Shown one piece after another: positions 1-9,268 of a stretch of DNA of 64,000 bases. Numbering within the stretch: position 1 is the first letter of the stretch; each line of letters opens with the position of its first letter. A program made the position numbers and the translations under genes. The notes under the pieces are model-generated. The model was given only the letters and a program-made list of their open reading frames with translations, did no database searches and had not been told where the DNA came from. The stretch is from positions 248,001-312,000 of the IMG/VR virus record IMGVR_UViG_3300044797_000098; one strand, given 5' to 3'.

Positions 1-68
1 TCTCTGTGTTGCTAATACGGCGAGTTTGGAACATGATGGACAAAACATATTATGACCTATATAAAAAA

Positions 69-102
69 AATAGGACGCAACATTTTACTATTGCGTCCTA
101 TT
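69..102 (-). terminator. Rho-independent terminator after the 27-aa microprotein
   Basis: 12-bp inverted repeat AATAGGACGCAA/TTGCGTCCTATT followed on the minus strand by a T run (A run at 63-70 on +). Confidence 0.85.
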
Positions 103-117
103 CACGTTATCGAGCAA

Positions 118-201
118 TTACTTGCTTGATTTTTTTCCCTTTTTAGGGCTGCTTTTTGACTTTGTCTTTGTAGACTTTGTCGATTTACTTTTCTTTGCCA
201 T
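118..201 (-). CDS. 27-aa Lys/Ser-rich microprotein MAKKSKSTKSTKTKSKSSPKKGKKSSK (not in ORF track)
   Basis: Manual translation; perfect SD AAGGAGGT 4 nt before the ATG; terminator directly downstream. Confidence 0.75.
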   Translation of the reverse strand: MAKKSKSTKSTKTKSKSSPKKGKKSSK

Positions 202-285
202 GATCACCTCCTTCATGAGGGCTGTTATTAGCCATCAATTATACATTGATGGCATATTATTGGTTTATTAAGTTAAGTTTTTTCT

Positions 286-795
286 TTATTTTGTAATATA
301 TTTACTCCAAGTTTCATGCCAGCCATCTTCTACGGACATGTAATGCATATGCTCATTTGGTATGAATGGCTGTTTAATTAATTTCATTCCTGACTCTTCT
401 AATGTTTTATTACTTTTCTTAGAATTACATTTTTTACAAGCAACAACACAATTTTCGAATGTTGATTGACCGCCTAATGCCTTTGGTAAAACATGATCTA
501 TTGTCGCCTGTGTTGATTTTAAGGCTTTTCCACAATATTGACAATTATATTTATCTCTTTTTAATACATTAAGTCTCGAAAAAACTATTTTTTTAGAAAA
601 CTTACGATACACATAATATTTTAATTTTATTACTGCCGGTAAGTGCATTACACCACTGCTAACAAAAAACTTGATATTATCCCATACTGATATAACATCC
701 GCCTTACCTTTATATACTAATCTTAATGCTTTCTTTTCCTTTATGAAAGCAATAATTTCATCTGTATAATTTAGTAAAAGAGTTTTATTATGCAT
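286..795 (-). CDS. HNH endonuclease (McrA/HNH_5-like)
   Basis: RDKYNCQYCG...TIDHVLPKALGG...NCVVACKKCNSKK. Confidence 0.9.
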   Translation of the reverse strand: MHNKTLLLNYTDEIIAFIKEKKALRLVYKGKADVISVWDNIKFFVSSGVMHLPAVIKLKYYVYRKFSKKIVFSRLNVLKRDKYNCQYCGKALKSTQATIDHVLPKALGGQSTFENCVVACKKCNSKKSNKTLEESGMKLIKQPFIPNEHMHYMSVEDGWHETWSKYITK

Positions 796-1438
796 TGATT
801 AATTTTTCTAATGATACTTTTACATCTTCATGCATTGTTGCAGGTGCTTCATTTCCAATACATACCCAATCTTTTCGTTGCCTACGGGCGAACATTTCCA
901 GTTTATTTCCTTTAAACATTAAATCGAGTGAATCTTGTAAATGTTCTGGCTTGGCTGAATGTTTTAGATTTTGTCCGAATGAAACCGAACGCTGGGAACG
1001 GTTTTCTAATTGTTTATATATTTCCGTATTATTTATTCCAATAAGACATATCTCGTGTGATTGTCTAAATAATCTACCCATACCGAATGACAATAGATTT
1101 TCCATTATATATTTTACTTTATCGCGGAACCCTGCAACATTTAATAATTCATATATTGAGGTCTCTTTTTTTGATTTACACCATACATATGTTTGCTTTT
1201 GCTTAAATCCCCATGCATTCATAACGTCCATACCATCTTGTAAAATTGATGACGGAACCCATAATGCGAGAATACATCCGTTTGGATCAGCAATTTGACT
1301 AACTGGAAGATTACATATACTATTAGTTTTCATGGTGCCATTGTAATTTGCCTCGGCGCCACGTTTAACGTCTGACATTTTTAATTTATCTTTGAACGCA
1401 CCCCACGGCGGGTCTGAAACTATAACTTGAAACTTCAT
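788..1438 (-). CDS. MT-A70 family N6-adenine methyltransferase
   Basis: VIVSDPPW catalytic motif, LALWV, HSAKP, KLEMFARR...GNE. Confidence 0.9.
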   Translation of the reverse strand: MKFQVIVSDPPWGAFKDKLKMSDVKRGAEANYNGTMKTNSICNLPVSQIADPNGCILALWVPSSILQDGMDVMNAWGFKQKQTYVWCKSKKETSIYELLNVAGFRDKVKYIMENLLSFGMGRLFRQSHEICLIGINNTEIYKQLENRSQRSVSFGQNLKHSAKPEHLQDSLDLMFKGNKLEMFARRQRKDWVCIGNEAPATMHEDVKVSLEKLINA

Positions 1439-1663
1439 ATTAATTATGGCTCACTTTTTCTTTATATACACATACTGCTGATGGGTTAAATATCCCAACA
1501 CCATACTGATTTTTATTATTTTTACATATAATTCCAAAAGACTGACCATTCGGCAAAATTATAGCGCAATCATCTAAATATTTAGAATTAAATATATTTT
1601 TATATTCATTGCCTAATAAAGCATAACCATTAATTCTATTGCTAATTTTCCCATTTTCTGGAA

Positions 1664-1972
1664 TTATAGCACTTTCAATTCTAATAAGGTTCTATCTTTC
1701 ATAAATTGACGCAAAACACTATAATCGTCAATTTCTGATGGCATAATTTTAGATGCAAAAATTAATATATCAATTATTGATTTTTCAATAACATCACTAC
1801 TTATACTGTTATCAATAACATATGGTATAATCATCTTACCTTGACTAATTTCTGGTTCTAATTTATTGTTCAAAACAATATAACGAACACTTTCATGTGT
1901 ATCATATACTGGCTGCATACCACCTAAATTTTCAAACAAAAAACATTTACTTAAATTACAATTTTCTATCAT
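1664..1972 (-). CDS. hypothetical protein
   Basis: ORF coupled to neighbours by overlaps. Confidence 0.6.
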   Translation of the reverse strand: MIENCNLSKCFLFENLGGMQPVYDTHESVRYIVLNNKLEPEISQGKMIIPYVIDNSISSDVIEKSIIDILIFASKIMPSEIDDYSVLRQFMKDRTLLELKVL

Positions 1973-2304
1973 TTTCCTAATATCTCATTTATTCTATCAA
2001 TTAAATTATCAATAACAAAAATCTTTATCTTTTGCGAGTTCTCTTCGCGTTTTTCAACTAATTTATTATATCTTTTACTAATCTTGAACAACTTATCATA
2101 ATCCGTTAACTTAAACTTACTTTTTTCATTTGGAATACTATCAATCCATTTTTCTAAATCTTTTGGCATTTCTGGTATAGTTTTTAATTCCTCTGATACC
2201 TCAACTAACTCTTGACTTAACTTTACTTGATGATCAAAAAGTTCTTGCATTTGTAGATATTTTTCGACTATTTCATCATTATTATCGAATGTATATCCGT
2301 CCAT
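1969..2304 (-). CDS. hypothetical coiled-coil protein
   Basis: ORF in operon; helical composition. Confidence 0.65.
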   Translation of the reverse strand: MDGYTFDNNDEIVEKYLQMQELFDHQVKLSQELVEVSEELKTIPEMPKDLEKWIDSIPNEKSKFKLTDYDKLFKISKRYNKLVEKREENSQKIKIFVIDNLIDRINEILGK

Positions 2305-2306
2305 AA

Positions 2307-3008
2307 TTACCTATTCATTATCACTACTGGCAATGTTATCGTTGAATTGGAATTACCTACATTTATCTTCTGTGTCGTTTCTAATATTTTCTTTGTTGCC
2401 GTATCTGTTTTTGTAAGTTTAATTATATATGAACCGGGTTTTAATTGTGCTTGCCATTTACCTACTGCATTAGTTTTAGTTTTATGAACTTCATTGCCGG
2501 CTTCATCATTTATTAAAACACTGGCCATAAACATATCCTTACCGGTATTATCTGACACTCTCTGAATTACTGAAACTTTTTTGTTTCCTGTGGATGCTGG
2601 TGGCTGTGGCACTTTCTCTGACGATTGATTAGGAACTGCTAAAACCGCTGGCTGTTGAACCTGTGCTGCTACACCAGCACGATCAATACGACGCTTACTA
2701 ATATCGATCTCTGTCGCTTCTGTTATTTGATGCTCATTAGATATTTTAATGACTTTTGGTTCTTCTTCATCATCAGCATCTTGCTGTGCTAACTGTGATT
2801 GTCGATATTCTTTTTGTAATTCATCTATATATGCGAAGATTTTATTTGTTTTATCTGCTATCAGTTTCAATAGCATATCTTGATTAAAAACAAGTTTCTG
2901 CAAAACATCTACTTTGCTTTCTAATGCAAGTATAATATCTGATGCTTTACGAGGTTCTGGTTCGTAAGCATAACCGTCAGTATTAAATTGTTCTGTATTA
3001 TTTGACAT
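2307..3008 (-). CDS. hypothetical protein, N-terminal coiled coil and C-terminal beta-sandwich-like domain
   Basis: 233 aa; C-terminal KTKTNAVGKWQAQLKPGSYIIKL resembles prealbumin-like folds (weak). Confidence 0.6.
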   Translation of the reverse strand: MSNNTEQFNTDGYAYEPEPRKASDIILALESKVDVLQKLVFNQDMLLKLIADKTNKIFAYIDELQKEYRQSQLAQQDADDEEEPKVIKISNEHQITEATEIDISKRRIDRAGVAAQVQQPAVLAVPNQSSEKVPQPPASTGNKKVSVIQRVSDNTGKDMFMASVLINDEAGNEVHKTKTNAVGKWQAQLKPGSYIIKLTKTDTATKKILETTQKINVGNSNSTITLPVVIMNR

Positions 3009-3556
3009 TATTGCCTATCTATAAAAATACCTACATTAATTCCAACGCGTTTCAATACTACTATATCATCAACTTTAACTTCTTCTTGGAAACTTTCATT
3101 TTCACCATACAAAATAGTCCTTGCTATACTTTCTACCTGTTGTATTGAGCCAGTATGAACAATTTTTCCTGATACAAGCAAAATATATTCTCCGACTTTT
3201 GGCTGACCTTGAACCGATTGTTCTTCCTGCGTAGTATTTTCTTCTTCTGCCGGTATTACTTTTGCTACTATATTTGGTGGCGGAAAAACATAATCATTAT
3301 TATCTATAATGTGTCCCTGTTCGACTGTTATTTCATTTCCATTATCATCAAAAATCCTGCCATCAACGGATGAAAAATCCGGATTATCTATTTTTTTCGA
3401 AGATTTCACCAATGGAACGGTTTTTCTTGGCATTTGTATTGGCTGTTTTCCTAATCGAACCCATTCAGGCTCATAAGCCTGATATTCAGGCTTATTATTC
3501 CTATTAGGATTTCTGATTATATCATCTTTATCCGACATCTTCTGTCCTCTTTGCAT
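3008..3556 (-). CDS. hypothetical protein
   Basis: 182-aa ORF in operon. Confidence 0.65.
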   Translation of the reverse strand: MQRGQKMSDKDDIIRNPNRNNKPEYQAYEPEWVRLGKQPIQMPRKTVPLVKSSKKIDNPDFSSVDGRIFDDNGNEITVEQGHIIDNNDYVFPPPNIVAKVIPAEEENTTQEEQSVQGQPKVGEYILLVSGKIVHTGSIQQVESIARTILYGENESFQEEVKVDDIVVLKRVGINVGIFIDRQ

Positions 3557-3911
3557 CTCGTTCTTGACGACGCTTTTGTTTTTTTGCTTCTTTCTTTATC
3601 TTTTCTTTTTCATATTCTCCGGAAGCAATTTTTTCTGCTTTGATTTTTTCTTCATATAAACGCTGCATTGTTTCTGCGTGCTTGCGACGTTTTTTGACGC
3701 TGGGTTTCTCATAACCCTGTTTCTCTTTATATTTAGCAAGAACACCGTCTGCTTGAACAAGCGAGCGGAATGTTTTGAATGCTCGATCGAAGTTATTTCC
3801 ATATACTTCGACTTGGAGCGGTTTAAGGTATTCCCAATCGAACTCAGGTGATGTTTCTTTTTTTAATGTTGTTGTTTCTTTTTTTGAGTATTTTTTATTT
3901 ATTTTCTTCAT
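3528..3911 (-). CDS. rpsU: ribosomal protein bS21 homologue with N- and C-terminal extensions
   Basis: VEVYGNNFDRAFKTFRSLVQADGVLAKYKEKQGYEKPSVKKRRK matches the bS21 core. Confidence 0.85.
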   Translation of the reverse strand: MKKINKKYSKKETTTLKKETSPEFDWEYLKPLQVEVYGNNFDRAFKTFRSLVQADGVLAKYKEKQGYEKPSVKKRRKHAETMQRLYEEKIKAEKIASGEYEKEKIKKEAKKQKRRQERDAKRTEDVG

Positions 3912-3957
3912 TCACATACGTGTGTGTGCACACGCTCCTTTGTTATTATATAACACG

Positions 3958-4260
3958 TTAGATTAAAATTGCAAGTTTTTCGTATTGTTCATCCGTTAGC
4001 AATAAATATCCTTGTTCAATAAGTTTCCTATCTACTTCTGCTCTGCATTCATCTAATTGATCTCTTCTATATTTAGTTTTGGACCAATTAAGTAAATTAT
4101 CACCTTTATATCTATAACACCAAGTATTTCTTTCATTTTCTGGATCAGCAATTATTATAGCGAATTGTTTATCTGTTCCAACTAAGACACGAATATCATG
4201 TGAATGAATATTATTGTAATATGATTTCCATGGTTCTAAAACTATTTTCTTTTCTCTCAT
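3958..4260 (-). CDS. YLxPW/GYILLT family protein, C-terminal tag (EKLAILI*)
   Basis: VLEPW...DRKLIEQGYLLLTDEQYEKLAILI. Confidence 0.75.
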   Translation of the reverse strand: MREKKIVLEPWKSYYNNIHSHDIRVLVGTDKQFAIIIADPENERNTWCYRYKGDNLLNWSKTKYRRDQLDECRAEVDRKLIEQGYLLLTDEQYEKLAILI

Positions 4261-4261
4261 A

Positions 4262-6034
4262 TTACGCCACCATCTTTACATTTTCAATAGCCCTACACGC
4301 CGGATTTATGCATACATTAAATTTTCCGAACTTACCTTCTCGTTCGATCATATTTTGATTGCATTTTTTACATAAAACTTTATCGCCCAACTTGTTCCTA
4401 TATGCTGTTGCTAATTCTTTGGAAAATATATCATAAAACTGTTTTAATAGTTCTGTGTGCGTTATTTTACCTTCTGCTATCTTATCTAACTCCTCTTCGA
4501 TCTTCGAAGTAAAACTATAATCCATAAATGTAAATAATTCTGATAGACAATTAGTTATTTGTTTTCCCAATTCTGTCGGTTTATATGTATTATTAGTTTT
4601 CTCAACATAATGTCTATTTGATATTTTCTTAATAATTTCTGAAAAGGTCGATGGTCTTCCGATTTGTTTTTGCTCTAATTCTTTTAGCAACGAAGCATCA
4701 TTATACCTTGGCGGAGGCTGGGTATATTTTTGATCGGCTTTTATAGATTTATCGTCCAATAATAATTCTTGTTTTTCTATTAAATTTGGTATTTCAATTT
4801 TACCGGCATCAACATCACCGAATATTTTTAGATATCCACGATCTGCTAATGCTTTACCCGATGCCTTGAAAACAATTTTGTTATCGTTTTTATTCACAAT
4901 TTTTACATTTAAGGTGTTCCATATTGCCGGTGTCATTTGACTTGCAATAGCATACTGCCATATAACTGAATATAATTCCTTCTCATCACCACTCATATAA
5001 CCGCTATCAGGTAATGCATTTATATTTGTTGGACGGATTGCCTCATGTGCTGCCTGAGCGGTCTCTTTCGTTGCGTGTATATTTTTGGTTTTAGGCAGAT
5101 CATAATTATTATCTTTGATCCATTTTCTAATATCAGTGATGGCTTCTTCTGCCATCGATGTTGCGTCTGTTCTGATGTATGTAATCACTCCATTTTCATA
5201 TAACCCTTGGGCAACACTCATACATTTCTCTGGTTCCCAACCACGCTTAGCCATAACTTGTTGTAATGATGCCGTTATCAATGGTGCTGGCGGTTTCTCT
5301 TTCACTTGTTTGGAAACAACCTTTGATACAACGAAGTGCTTATTTTCTTGTATAAAAGAAACTAATTTATCTGATTGTTCTTTATTTTTTATTTTTCCAT
5401 CATACTTGGCTGAGAATGTCTCTCGTAATTGAGTTTGCAGCTTAATACCACAAGTCCAGTATTCTTCTGGTTTAAATATCTCGATCTCGTTTTCACGGTC
5501 TGAGATTAAGCGAGTGGCTACTGATTGAACTCTACCTGCCGAAAGATTATTAGCATACGCCGTCATAAGATATGGTGAAACGGTAAATCCAACGATACGA
5601 TCGAGGACGCGTCTTGCTTCCTGAGCCCTTACCATATTAGCATCTATTGCGTGCTTTTCTTTTATTCCTTTTTCTATACCATACTTAGTTATCTCATTAA
5701 ATACTGCCCTAAAAATTGGCTTGCCTGTGGATTTTAAAATATCGGCGACATCGGCACTAATTTTTTCACCCTCTCTATCTGCGTCCGTGCATAATAGTAT
5801 TTCATTACACTCACACGAAGCATTGATTATATTATCAATTACCTCAATTTTATCTTTGAGCAAAACGTAATGAGGTCGAAAATTGTTTTCGATATCGATT
5901 CCTATGCCGTGTTTGCCACCTTTTGCGAGGTCTTTCACATGACCTACCGATGCGACAACAACATAATTGTCCCCAAGATATTCCTTGATCTTCTTTATCT
6001 TGTTAGGAGACTCGACTATTACTAATGTTTTCAT
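4262..6034 (-). CDS. topA: type IA DNA topoisomerase
   Basis: TOPRIM LVIVESP and DADREGE, SAGRVQS, active-site ITYIRTD, IGRPST, C-terminal zinc ribbon. Confidence 0.97.
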   Translation of the reverse strand: MKTLVIVESPNKIKKIKEYLGDNYVVVASVGHVKDLAKGGKHGIGIDIENNFRPHYVLLKDKIEVIDNIINASCECNEILLCTDADREGEKISADVADILKSTGKPIFRAVFNEITKYGIEKGIKEKHAIDANMVRAQEARRVLDRIVGFTVSPYLMTAYANNLSAGRVQSVATRLISDRENEIEIFKPEEYWTCGIKLQTQLRETFSAKYDGKIKNKEQSDKLVSFIQENKHFVVSKVVSKQVKEKPPAPLITASLQQVMAKRGWEPEKCMSVAQGLYENGVITYIRTDATSMAEEAITDIRKWIKDNNYDLPKTKNIHATKETAQAAHEAIRPTNINALPDSGYMSGDEKELYSVIWQYAIASQMTPAIWNTLNVKIVNKNDNKIVFKASGKALADRGYLKIFGDVDAGKIEIPNLIEKQELLLDDKSIKADQKYTQPPPRYNDASLLKELEQKQIGRPSTFSEIIKKISNRHYVEKTNNTYKPTELGKQITNCLSELFTFMDYSFTSKIEEELDKIAEGKITHTELLKQFYDIFSKELATAYRNKLGDKVLCKKCNQNMIEREGKFGKFNVCINPACRAIENVKMVA

Positions 6035-6345
6035 ATCAATAACTTAAATTTCTCACATTGTTCCTGCGTCAATAAAATATATCCACATTCAATCAACTTA
6101 CGATCCATCTTTTCTTTTAATTCTTCTATCCTATCGGGAAGATCGTAAATCCACATGGGTTCGCATTTACCGTCGATATCTTGATATTCCCATCCCCATA
6201 ATTTGGTTAAACGAGATCGTGCAATACGGGCAATCGGTATGGGAAACATACTTTTATCATTTAATAAATATCGACCAATAGAATAATTCTCTTCATTAGA
6301 CTTATGATGACTTTCTCTATATGGCTCTAAATACGATCTATTCAT
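6031..6345 (-). CDS. YLxPW/GYILLT family protein, C-terminal tag (EKFKLLI*)
   Basis: YLEPY...DRKLIECGYILLTQEQCEKFKLLI. Confidence 0.75.
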   Translation of the reverse strand: MNRSYLEPYRESHHKSNEENYSIGRYLLNDKSMFPIPIARIARSRLTKLWGWEYQDIDGKCEPMWIYDLPDRIEELKEKMDRKLIECGYILLTQEQCEKFKLLI

Positions 6346-6355
6346 AATTCCGCAT
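6342..6355 (+). promoter_or_regulatory. candidate late promoter motif (TCAT-aattcc-GCAT), 7 nt before ATG 6363
   Basis: Near-identical to the motif before 23967; see finding. Confidence 0.5.
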
Positions 6356-6362
6356 ATAATTA

Positions 6363-6761
6363 ATGATTAATCTATCTTCCTTCTTCGAAGAAAGACTTGA
6401 AAATCTTGACTGTGATCCAACGACACGAGCATACATCACCGGGATTTTCACAAAATATAAAACTGCCACTGATGACCTATCCAAGTTAGGCTCTATCACG
6501 CTAATATACGCGGAAGCAAAAAATCAGCAATCGTTTCAAAAACTAAATAATATCGCTGACTGGCTATTTTGGGCCGAGACGATGTGCCCCGAATTTTTGA
6601 ACGATGCATCAAAAGATTATTACTACACTATTGGTCAATTAAGTTATTATTCTTGCTATAAATTAACCAATAAAAAATGGATTGTATTTGAGTCTCTTGC
6701 CGATCAATTCATACCGCTTACACACGAAACCCGAAAACTGATAAAATTAAATCAACAATAA
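6363..6761 (+). CDS. hypothetical helical protein
   Basis: 132 aa; ADWLFW...DYYYTIGQLSY...VFESLADQF resembles an uncharacterised proteobacterial family (weak). Confidence 0.6.
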   Translation: MINLSSFFEERLENLDCDPTTRAYITGIFTKYKTATDDLSKLGSITLIYAEAKNQQSFQKLNNIADWLFWAETMCPEFLNDASKDYYYTIGQLSYYSCYKLTNKKWIVFESLADQFIPLTHETRKLIKLNQQ

Positions 6762-7028
6762 AAACTTATCTAACTCCTCATTCGTTATCAACGGATCTAA
6801 AACTCTATTGATCCATCTAACATCAGAATGACTGTCATTAAATACTGTTTCACCTAACCGTTCTGACGAATAAATAAAATATCCATTATAGGTATATGAA
6901 CATTCTATATACTCACCAACTGAATCTAAAAAATACCCACATTTACAACGTATTTCTACGCCACCAGAAAACGCCCTATGCAATGGTGTTGAACATCTTG
7001 GACAATTGAGAATGAATATAGTTTTCAT
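6747..7028 (-). CDS. CxxC zinc-ribbon protein, C-terminal tag (DKFLLLI*)
   Basis: CPRC...CKC; tag. Confidence 0.7.
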   Translation of the reverse strand: MKTIFILNCPRCSTPLHRAFSGGVEIRCKCGYFLDSVGEYIECSYTYNGYFIYSSERLGETVFNDSHSDVRWINRVLDPLITNEELDKFLLLI

Positions 7029-7807
7029 TCTACCACATCATAATTATATTTATATATTCTTGATTTACCATTAGATATGGCTGACATTTCCATACTATTT
7101 AATTCTAAAACAATTATCTTGTCAGTTCCGCCGAGCATCATATATTTTGGATGAATGAACGGCTCTTTTCCTTGATAGTTATTTGATCCAATGAAAATAT
7201 ACGGATCTATAAAACTTGGCTCAATTTTATTTCTAATACAATCTTTTATATATTTGCTGCTTGTTGTGTCAAAACAAAAATTATTTGGGTTATTTTCTTT
7301 TATAGATTGTTTTATATTAAACCCGCTATTGAAAAGACAATACTGGTCAATAATATAATAATAATCTGTATGTTGAAGAAACTCTATATGAGTATTTGGA
7401 ACTAAATCCTTCAATCTATTTCTATTAATATCATATGGTGATGCTTTTGATTTTGCATTTCTCAGATAGCCAGCAATTGTTGTTCTACCACCAGCATCCA
7501 TCCATAAGTTAAAATCTGTATCTCCACCACATAATGCTCGAAGCATTAGTTCGTCGTGTTTTCCTCGAAGAAAGATTACCTTGTCGTTATTGTATTCTTG
7601 TTTTACTCTAATTAATAATTCAATTACATCACAACCATAATCAAACTTATCAACATAATTGCCTAAAAATACACATCTATCAATTTGATTTTCAGAAAAT
7701 CTGAAAGGGAATATTCTATTTAATATTACTTCCAATGAATCAGCATTACCGCATATATCCGATATCACATACGTGCATGCGTATGCGGGTCTCCAAGCAC
7801 GAGCCAT
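7025..7807 (-). CDS. Ser/Thr phosphatase (ApaH/PrpA-like) homologue, catalytically degenerate
   Basis: ISDICG, FLGNYVDKF, LRGKHDELML align to DxH, GDxxDRG and GNHE with substitutions. Confidence 0.8.
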   Translation of the reverse strand: MARAWRPAYACTYVISDICGNADSLEVILNRIFPFRFSENQIDRCVFLGNYVDKFDYGCDVIELLIRVKQEYNNDKVIFLRGKHDELMLRALCGGDTDFNLWMDAGGRTTIAGYLRNAKSKASPYDINRNRLKDLVPNTHIEFLQHTDYYYIIDQYCLFNSGFNIKQSIKENNPNNFCFDTTSSKYIKDCIRNKIEPSFIDPYIFIGSNNYQGKEPFIHPKYMMLGGTDKIIVLELNSMEMSAISNGKSRIYKYNYDVVE

Positions 7808-8019
7808 TATTTTTTTACCACCACATAACCAGCATCAAAACACTTATCCATATCTAAATCGTGATGGATCAATCGTAAATCACATCCATAATGTAATTGT
7901 AGCCAAGTATTTATTAACTCGTCCCTATCCGTTAAATAATGACTTGTTGTAGCAACATTATTCACAAAAATATCGATCATTTCTTTATGATGATCACACA
8001 CTGCTTTATACCTTTTCAT
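7807..8019 (-). CDS. hypothetical protein
   Basis: Coupled ORF. Confidence 0.55.
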   Translation of the reverse strand: MKRYKAVCDHHKEMIDIFVNNVATTSHYLTDRDELINTWLQLHYGCDLRLIHHDLDMDKCFDAGYVVVKK

Positions 8020-8021
8020 TT

Positions 8022-8219
8022 TTAATATCCGCGATCTGTATTGACCTGTAAATTATCTATATCACTATTCGCGCTATCTATTTCTTTTTGATTTATTTTA
8101 TCTACTTCTTTTAGGTAGCGCAAAACTGTATCATATGGTGCATTTCCAATACAATAATCTTTATCTAAATCTTCGCAACATTTACGTGCTAATTTTTCTA
8201 ATTCTTCGTCCGTCATCAT
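8022..8219 (-). CDS. hypothetical protein
   Basis: Coupled ORF. Confidence 0.55.
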   Translation of the reverse strand: MMTDEELEKLARKCCEDLDKDYCIGNAPYDTVLRYLKEVDKINQKEIDSANSDIDNLQVNTDRGY

Positions 8220-9229
8220 TTTTGCCTCGTTAAATTAAATGTAAAATTACTATACCGATTACATATCTCGTCTGCTGTTGTGTATGCTACTTGCAATCTC
8301 AAAAAATCATTATTGTAATTTCTAATAATACAATCTCCTCGTCCGGCGAGATCTTCCGCTCCAACTGTGTCGAGTATGACTTTACTATCTATATGCGATG
8401 CAGTCTGAAACGCTATACGCGAAGATAGATTGGCTTTAATGGCACCGCTTACAATATCAACACTGGGTCTTTGAGTGGCTGCAACAATATATATACCAGC
8501 AGATCGGCACTTTTGAGCAAGAACACATAATGCCTTACTAAAAACTTTTTCTTCATCGCTCAAAACTATATCTGCCATCTCATCTATAATTAGAATTATA
8601 TTATTGAATTGCATATCTAACTGATGGCTTTTCATTTCGTATCTGCATACCATTTCTCTATTAAGATATTCAATCATATCCATTGCTTCGGCAAAATCAT
8701 TAGCAACCTTTACATTTCCAAAAGATTTATATGGCTCGAACTCTATGCGCTTCGTATCAATAACAAAAATATCTGTGTTCATTAATCTTAATGCATTAGC
8801 CATAATTACATTAAGAAAAACCGATTTACCACTTCCCGTTGCACCGCCAACTAATGTATGTGGATGGCAACTTAGGTCTGTAAAAACTTCTTTCCCGTAG
8901 ATACTTGATCCTAAATACATCGGAACATTCATATCTGATGGGACACCTAATGTATCAATTTTATCAAAAAACGATATTTTATGTGGTGCTTCTTCTACTA
9001 CCTCTAATCTGACAACGCCTTCTTCTGGTATCGCTTTAACTACTGGTGTAGTTTTTATTCTCAACGCTAACGCAATCTCTGATGCATACTTTTCAATATG
9101 TTGAACACGCGTTAATGGCGTTAACAATATATCATATAGCGCTATGTTTCTAATCTTCGTATATTTTACACACTCTGCTTTAATTTTGAACGATTTTAGT
9201 ATCGAATTTAATTTATTTATTTCTTCCAT
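8216..9229 (-). CDS. FtsK/SpoIIIE-family ATPase (no TM or gamma domain)
   Basis: PHTLVGGATGSGKS Walker A, IIDEMAD Walker B, ATQRPS, IKANLSSRIAF. Confidence 0.92.
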   Translation of the reverse strand: MEEINKLNSILKSFKIKAECVKYTKIRNIALYDILLTPLTRVQHIEKYASEIALALRIKTTPVVKAIPEEGVVRLEVVEEAPHKISFFDKIDTLGVPSDMNVPMYLGSSIYGKEVFTDLSCHPHTLVGGATGSGKSVFLNVIMANALRLMNTDIFVIDTKRIEFEPYKSFGNVKVANDFAEAMDMIEYLNREMVCRYEMKSHQLDMQFNNIILIIDEMADIVLSDEEKVFSKALCVLAQKCRSAGIYIVAATQRPSVDIVSGAIKANLSSRIAFQTASHIDSKVILDTVGAEDLAGRGDCIIRNYNNDFLRLQVAYTTADEICNRYSNFTFNLTRQK

Positions 9230-9268
9230 ACGACTAATTTAGATCGTGGAAGATTTTGTGCCAACGGG

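Noticed and set aside
8216-9229. FtsK-like ATPase as the genome packaging motor
   Set aside because: It matches cellular FtsK motor motifs (ATQRPS), which are common accessory genes in tailed phages; no linked capsid genes here.
9241-9268. sigma54-like TTGGCAC upstream of the FtsK-like gene
   Set aside because: The -12 GC dinucleotide is missing (TC at that position).
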